DNA from: an uncultured virus (IMG/VR IMGVR_UViG_3300028844_005252) | Lineage: Duplodnaviria > Heunggongvirae > Uroviricota > Caudoviricetes | Reading direction: 5' to 3' (one strand) | Length of the DNA: 20,000 bases | Virus record (IMG/VR): IMGVR_UViG_3300028844_005252 | In this document: in pieces, positions 17,201 through 20,000 of the stretch | Numbering within the stretch: position 1 is the first letter of the stretch | Layout of the letters: each line of letters opens with the position of its first letter | The notes under the pieces: model-generated | Databases searched by the model: none | What the model was told of the DNA's origin: nothing | The model's input: only the letters and a program-made list of their open reading frames with translations | Translations under genes and position numbers: made by a program

Positions 17201-18331
17201 GTAGAAGCTACTAAAACCGCTGAAGCGGGTACTAAATATATAAACGGTACAAAAGCGGAAGACGGTACTCCGCCAACCCCGCCTCCTACCTTGAATAAAA
17301 CTTTTGCGGATGTTGTAAATGTGGACACTGATCCCGATGATGAGTACAGGATTAACAGTTCGGAAATAAAACTGGAACCACTTGACGATGATTATGTAGG
17401 TTTAGAAAGTTTTAAACTTACTACGACTCCTGGGAGTAGTACTCCTTACCCCGTAGAAAGTACATCGGTCACAATCACAGATCCCGTCCCCCAAGACCCT
17501 CAAAGAATGGATATGTTGGAGGTTGAATATGACGATGATCCAAGCGGTGATCTGGCTGGTGATGTTACGAGTACTCAATTAACAGTCGAAGCTGGTGATC
17601 CAGTCACTGGGAGTTATAAAAATGGATGCACTACTTCAAAAGTTAGCATTGATAATGAAGCCCCTATTGCCCAAGAAAAAGTTACCATTCCAGATCAATT
17701 CTCAGCTTGTGGGCCGATCAAAGACCCTGTTGATATTAAACTTGATTTAGAAACTCATTCCGTTAATTTTTCAAGTCCGGATACGGAAACGATTGACTTT
17801 ACCGGCCCAGATATACCCGGAGTTGAAGTTGCTGATGCTGGAGCTCTTAATAAAACCGTGACCGGGCCAAGTACTAAAAGTATTCAATTAAAAAGCTCCT
17901 CAGGTCCACAAATTGTAACAGAAGCTACAGTTGAATATGAATCAACAACCGGTGGGAGTGGTAATTTATATATTCCACAGCTCTCTAAATGCCCAGTAAA
18001 TGATGACACTATATATGTAATAGATGGGAGCGGCAAGGGTAAATCAGAATGTTCTATAACGGAAGCCGGTGTACTTGAAACTAGAGTAGAAATTCCTTTA
18101 AATGCTTACAGTATAAATTGCGGTGTTTTATCCAGTAAAGTTGAACCTGCAAGTGGTGAGTTAGAATATGGATTTTCCGTGTTTCAAACCGTGCAACCTT
18201 ACTACACGCACACAATTCGGGTATGCGATTCCTCGGGAAATCCTAAATCCATAGATGTAATGACTACAACCGACCCGGGTGATACAGTCCCCTCGGGTTA
18301 TGTAATAGTTAATTGCGGTGCAGGTGAATAA
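14252..18331 (+). CDS. Long tail fibre/spike with three CBM5/12 (ChtBD3)-like modules, 1359 aa
   Basis: Short N-terminal coiled coil, three Y/W-x4-Y-x2-G-x2-V-x-[YH]-x-G-x-[FY]-[YF]-x-A...P...W modules at about 14813-14950, 15152-15285 and 15539-15670, and a T/P/D/G-rich beta shaft. Confidence 0.75.
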   Translation: MTNEDLQQALRELEERIDGMEIDLTPPEDAMSNFTVFENETGDRQMIVHFIDVEDYSVELPTNREEARTVFLTVIKEHQDHQNRTISHGDLMVLNCQPCNYYCYVAKVDKVAGTGFQAEDMLDPPAAVTDQREDRVLHELVIWTETYPNEGGSAVLASSAINITSGDTTSFKVTEFTLTETPCGEDAEEYEQDVDYPAGTVVSYNGEFYRASIDISTNIPPVGGPFSASAWVEACPKEQEFKIPKMVINDSSDPETDVNFKTRSFDITITPGTAKTLDIYKPTQAITDQPCDAVVTTIYPTEYSIDPSYAIGDHVQYKGKYYKALIPNNADPPDGVFNEDTWVEVLEGDLPTDSQDPCAFATQKISFTKESGDASEFKGYDIDVTPGNDTPSGDPFQMGTVSVSGGNNGTPKPFTMYDITITPCTPRPPDAWDSNTAYNEGDFVEHNGDYFQATDISQGNFPEDANNSDLWAPSTEEEASSTAHCEFEDTFNFAAPQLKDEIPKGPFNFLNGLTLTGNCKAIGEGDYESFIKSLELKLGTRIVTPGTPVDLLMGLTTKSVTPPASPTDNGSPTKVLTALNSLSLTEKVFSGESPQEFIKSIDSLEIEPGSDGTPDGEFEVTLVTSSTPGNPTNVPVFTKISGNECGCFVVKAEGQLALSTVTKTQTTKTYEITDTPSTLKITGTKGKITPGYLPTDGQAVVNTIDAQPKKGDTEIVLEAQKAQYVPMSATQEVTLDGKKEMVNYQDYQTQFKVDATTKNVSQVDRVYEYKGKQLYIKGREQYLNSSKSTATFQPKLYNIVSSTLTAQLYTRTDIVHFQNGKKVTITPEAHDLLFEYQRMYNINRTSVYLKWDTEQVKLTPEQAVLKLKEEYDVTIENKDIKEIHIEELKNLKLVPKDYTLERYLHDLEFTAQNLSVDTTNASLESTECQTVSLVTGGTSSSNFDIQSGTVNPSETPVKDNIHSMEIKDVSTEEGYIYNASKLKVEATKTAEAGTKYINGTKAEDGTPPTPPPTLNKTFADVVNVDTDPDDEYRINSSEIKLEPLDDDYVGLESFKLTTTPGSSTPYPVESTSVTITDPVPQDPQRMDMLEVEYDDDPSGDLAGDVTSTQLTVEAGDPVTGSYKNGCTTSKVSIDNEAPIAQEKVTIPDQFSACGPIKDPVDIKLDLETHSVNFSSPDTETIDFTGPDIPGVEVADAGALNKTVTGPSTKSIQLKSSSGPQIVTEATVEYESTTGGSGNLYIPQLSKCPVNDDTIYVIDGSGKGKSECSITEAGVLETRVEIPLNAYSINCGVLSSKVEPASGELEYGFSVFQTVQPYYTHTIRVCDSSGNPKSIDVMTTTDPGDTVPSGYVIVNCGAGE

Positions 18332-19014
18332 TGGCTACTTATAGTTTACCATCGGTGGGTAGTAATTGCTGCAAAGACGGAGTTCTTGAATGCCCAGACA
18401 CTCCTTGCGGGCAATGTACTGATTGTACACCTCTTTATTGCGTAACAATACCCCCATATCCTACTCTCTATAACACCGTATTAGCTACTGACATAAATGG
18501 AAACCCGGCTATGGGTGGGCCTCCAGATTCGCAGGAATGCTTACATATCCCATATGAAATGGGAGCACCTCCGCCTATTGATACATGGGTAGATACGCCT
18601 GGTCTTCAAACCTACCTAGAAAGTGTTTTTCAACCCGGTTCCAGTTTTGAGTGTGACCCTACCTATTGCGAACAGTACCCATACGATTATGATTGTTGGT
18701 GCTACCCAGAAGAAGATTTTAAATGGAACGGGCAGGAAAGTGTGGACTGGGTGTTTTACTATTGGGATTACTCTCAAGGAATGCATACCACGAATGGCTA
18801 TCAGTCCGGCAGTATGCCATGGGACGACTCGTACTGTGGTTATCAATTAGGGGGTTACACTTTATATTTTATTAGAGGTGTAGGTTGGACTTTTGGATCT
18901 TCAACCGATGACCCGTTTTATGGGCCATCTTGGAAGCAACCCGATGGGACGGGTAATATTTTTACATGGGAGGCTAGAGACCCCATCGATAACAGCTACT
19001 ATGAAGTATCGTAA
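18331..19014 (+). CDS. Cys-, Trp- and Tyr-rich acidic protein (227 aa), possible fibre tip / receptor-binding protein
   Basis: TAATG coupled to the fibre gene. N-terminal NCC...CPDTPCGQCTDCTPLYC. By my count 13 Cys, 9 Trp and only 5 Lys+Arg. Confidence 0.65.
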   Translation: MATYSLPSVGSNCCKDGVLECPDTPCGQCTDCTPLYCVTIPPYPTLYNTVLATDINGNPAMGGPPDSQECLHIPYEMGAPPPIDTWVDTPGLQTYLESVFQPGSSFECDPTYCEQYPYDYDCWCYPEEDFKWNGQESVDWVFYYWDYSQGMHTTNGYQSGSMPWDDSYCGYQLGGYTLYFIRGVGWTFGSSTDDPFYGPSWKQPDGTGNIFTWEARDPIDNSYYEVS

Positions 19015-19020
19015 TTAATT

Positions 19021-19317
19021 ATGAAAACTAAAGAAGAATTAACTAAAGAAATCCACAGCATTAGGCGTTCTATGGTTTCTAATAAAGAATCTGAAGGCTT
19101 TTGTCTACGGAAAGAGAAAGCATTGCAGCGAGAATTAGTGACTAAAGGGCTAGAATTACAGAAACTTCAACCTGATAACAAAAGCGAAGGTCTTGGAGAT
19201 ACTATTAAAAAAGTAACCGATAAGCTAGGAATTAAGCAATGTGGAGGCTGTAAAAAGCGTCAGGAAAAACTCAACCGGTTGTTCCCGTACGGAAAAGACT
19301 CTAAAAAAGAAGGGTGA
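19021..19317 (+). CDS. Small protein with GLGD...CGGC..RQ..LN motif (98 aa)
   Basis: N-terminal coiled coil, then 'SEGLGDTIKKVTDKLGIKQCGGCKKRQEKLNRLFPY', a motif I recognise from uncharacterised environmental phage proteins. Confidence 0.75.
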   Translation: MKTKEELTKEIHSIRRSMVSNKESEGFCLRKEKALQRELVTKGLELQKLQPDNKSEGLGDTIKKVTDKLGIKQCGGCKKRQEKLNRLFPYGKDSKKEG

Positions 19318-20000
19318 GGTACTTCCGGATTCCAAACTTCACCGGGATCGAGGCTCATCGTGATGACGCCGATCGCGGTTCCCTTCGCGTTGTCGAGGGT
19401 TGCTTGCCCCAAGGGCCGGGGGGTGTGAGCAGCGGTCCCGTGTGGGAAAAAGTAGGAGATGTGGATCCTGCACTACTATCCACGGATAAGAACTTAGCCG
19501 TTACATCTAAATCGGATGAAAATGGTAATGCTTTTATTTTTGCTTCCAGACATGGCGAAATCCACGACATCCATTATATGCCTGAGCCAAATTGTGTTTT
19601 GGGTGAGCTTGATGATGGTGTGGAAATCTACAAATCGGACGGTGAAATGGATCAGAGAAAATCCTATTTTAATTCAATAGGGAATAGGGCTCTGATGATT
19701 GGAGAGGGCTCCACTAATCCGTTGGCCGTAGGTAAAGGGCCACCGAGAGAATCTGAACAGAAAGTAGCTTACGATGGGCGTTTATACAGCTTAGAGTGGT
19801 CGGTTTTTAAAAGATGTAAGTACTTCGTAATTGGGCCAAATAAGACTATTTTTGCAGCCGGATCGTGTCTCGAACCCTTAACCGTTTTTGTATCAGAGCC
19901 AGCCGGTTTAACGACTCCATTTAGAGATTCTCCTTATTCAATGAACGACATTAGTAAAGTCGAGATATTGATGTCAAATGCAACTATCATAACAGGGTTG
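19314..20000 (+). CDS. Unlisted 5' part of probable tail nozzle / tail tubular B-like protein (runs off the window)
   Basis: GTG overlaps the upstream TGA. Open for 229 codons to the window end: MRYFRIPNFTGIEAHRDDADRGSLRVVEGCLPQGPGGVSSGPVW...IFAAG...LTVFVSEP...ITGL. The N-terminal F.G motif and ITGL are consistent with beta-propeller nozzle proteins. Confidence 0.65.
   Translation, partial: MRYFRIPNFTGIEAHRDDADRGSLRVVEGCLPQGPGGVSSGPVWEKVGDVDPALLSTDKNLAVTSKSDENGNAFIFASRHGEIHDIHYMPEPNCVLGELDDGVEIYKSDGEMDQRKSYFNSIGNRALMIGEGSTNPLAVGKGPPRESEQKVAYDGRLYSLEWSVFKRCKYFVIGPNKTIFAAGSCLEPLTVFVSEPAGLTTPFRDSPYSMNDISKVEILMSNATIITGL

Noticed and set aside
1352..18850. Nested + strand alternative-frame ORFs (1352-1558, 9336-9575, 15540-15782, 18623-18850)
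   Set aside because: They are contained in or largely overlap better-supported genes and lack coupling or protein-like features.
396..19570. All minus-strand ORFs in the track (e.g. 8074-8445, 11350-11709, 15829-16179, 19355-19570)
   Set aside because: They lie antisense to long, coherent + strand genes and have no recognisable motifs. They are shadows of codon bias.
1..20000. Stop-codon reassignment
   Set aside because: Long genes are intact under the standard code and coding density is near complete. The single break at 3014 is a frame change at TAA, not a readthrough.
1..20000. CRISPR array, tRNA, rRNA, integrase or transposase
   Set aside because: I saw no regularly spaced repeats, cloverleaf or recombinase motifs, and the intergenic spaces are too short.

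Overview
This window is part of the virion-morphogenesis region of a tailed dsDNA phage (Caudoviricetes, probably podovirus-like). All credible genes are on the + strand, tightly packed and often coupled through TAATG, ATGA or GTGA overlaps, with no Shine-Dalgarno motifs visible. The order is: portal (3' part), small ORFs, a block of fibre-like modules (stand-alone Mtd_N-like ORF, two genes sharing an ILxxIGxKVGxELK N-terminus, an 888-aa beta-helix-like protein), a lysis-like membrane cluster, scaffold, major capsid protein (N4-gp56/DUF4043-like) with an intrinsic terminator, an adaptor fused to a duplicated N-terminal domain, a tail protein, a 1359-aa fibre with three Cys-flanked CBM5/12-like modules, a Cys/aromatic-rich protein, a GLGD...CGGC small protein and the start of a probable tail nozzle gene. 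Four ORFs missing from the supplied track were found (1611-1781, 6588-6704, 6843-6983, 19314-end). The main points of interest are a +1 frame break at about 3006-3014 whose alternative frame exactly fills the intergenic gap, a repeated C-terminal/N-terminal motif pairing that suggests daisy-chained fibre subunits, and a cysteine-rich tail module next to a CxxC protein. All functional calls come from motif recognition and synteny; no database searches were run.
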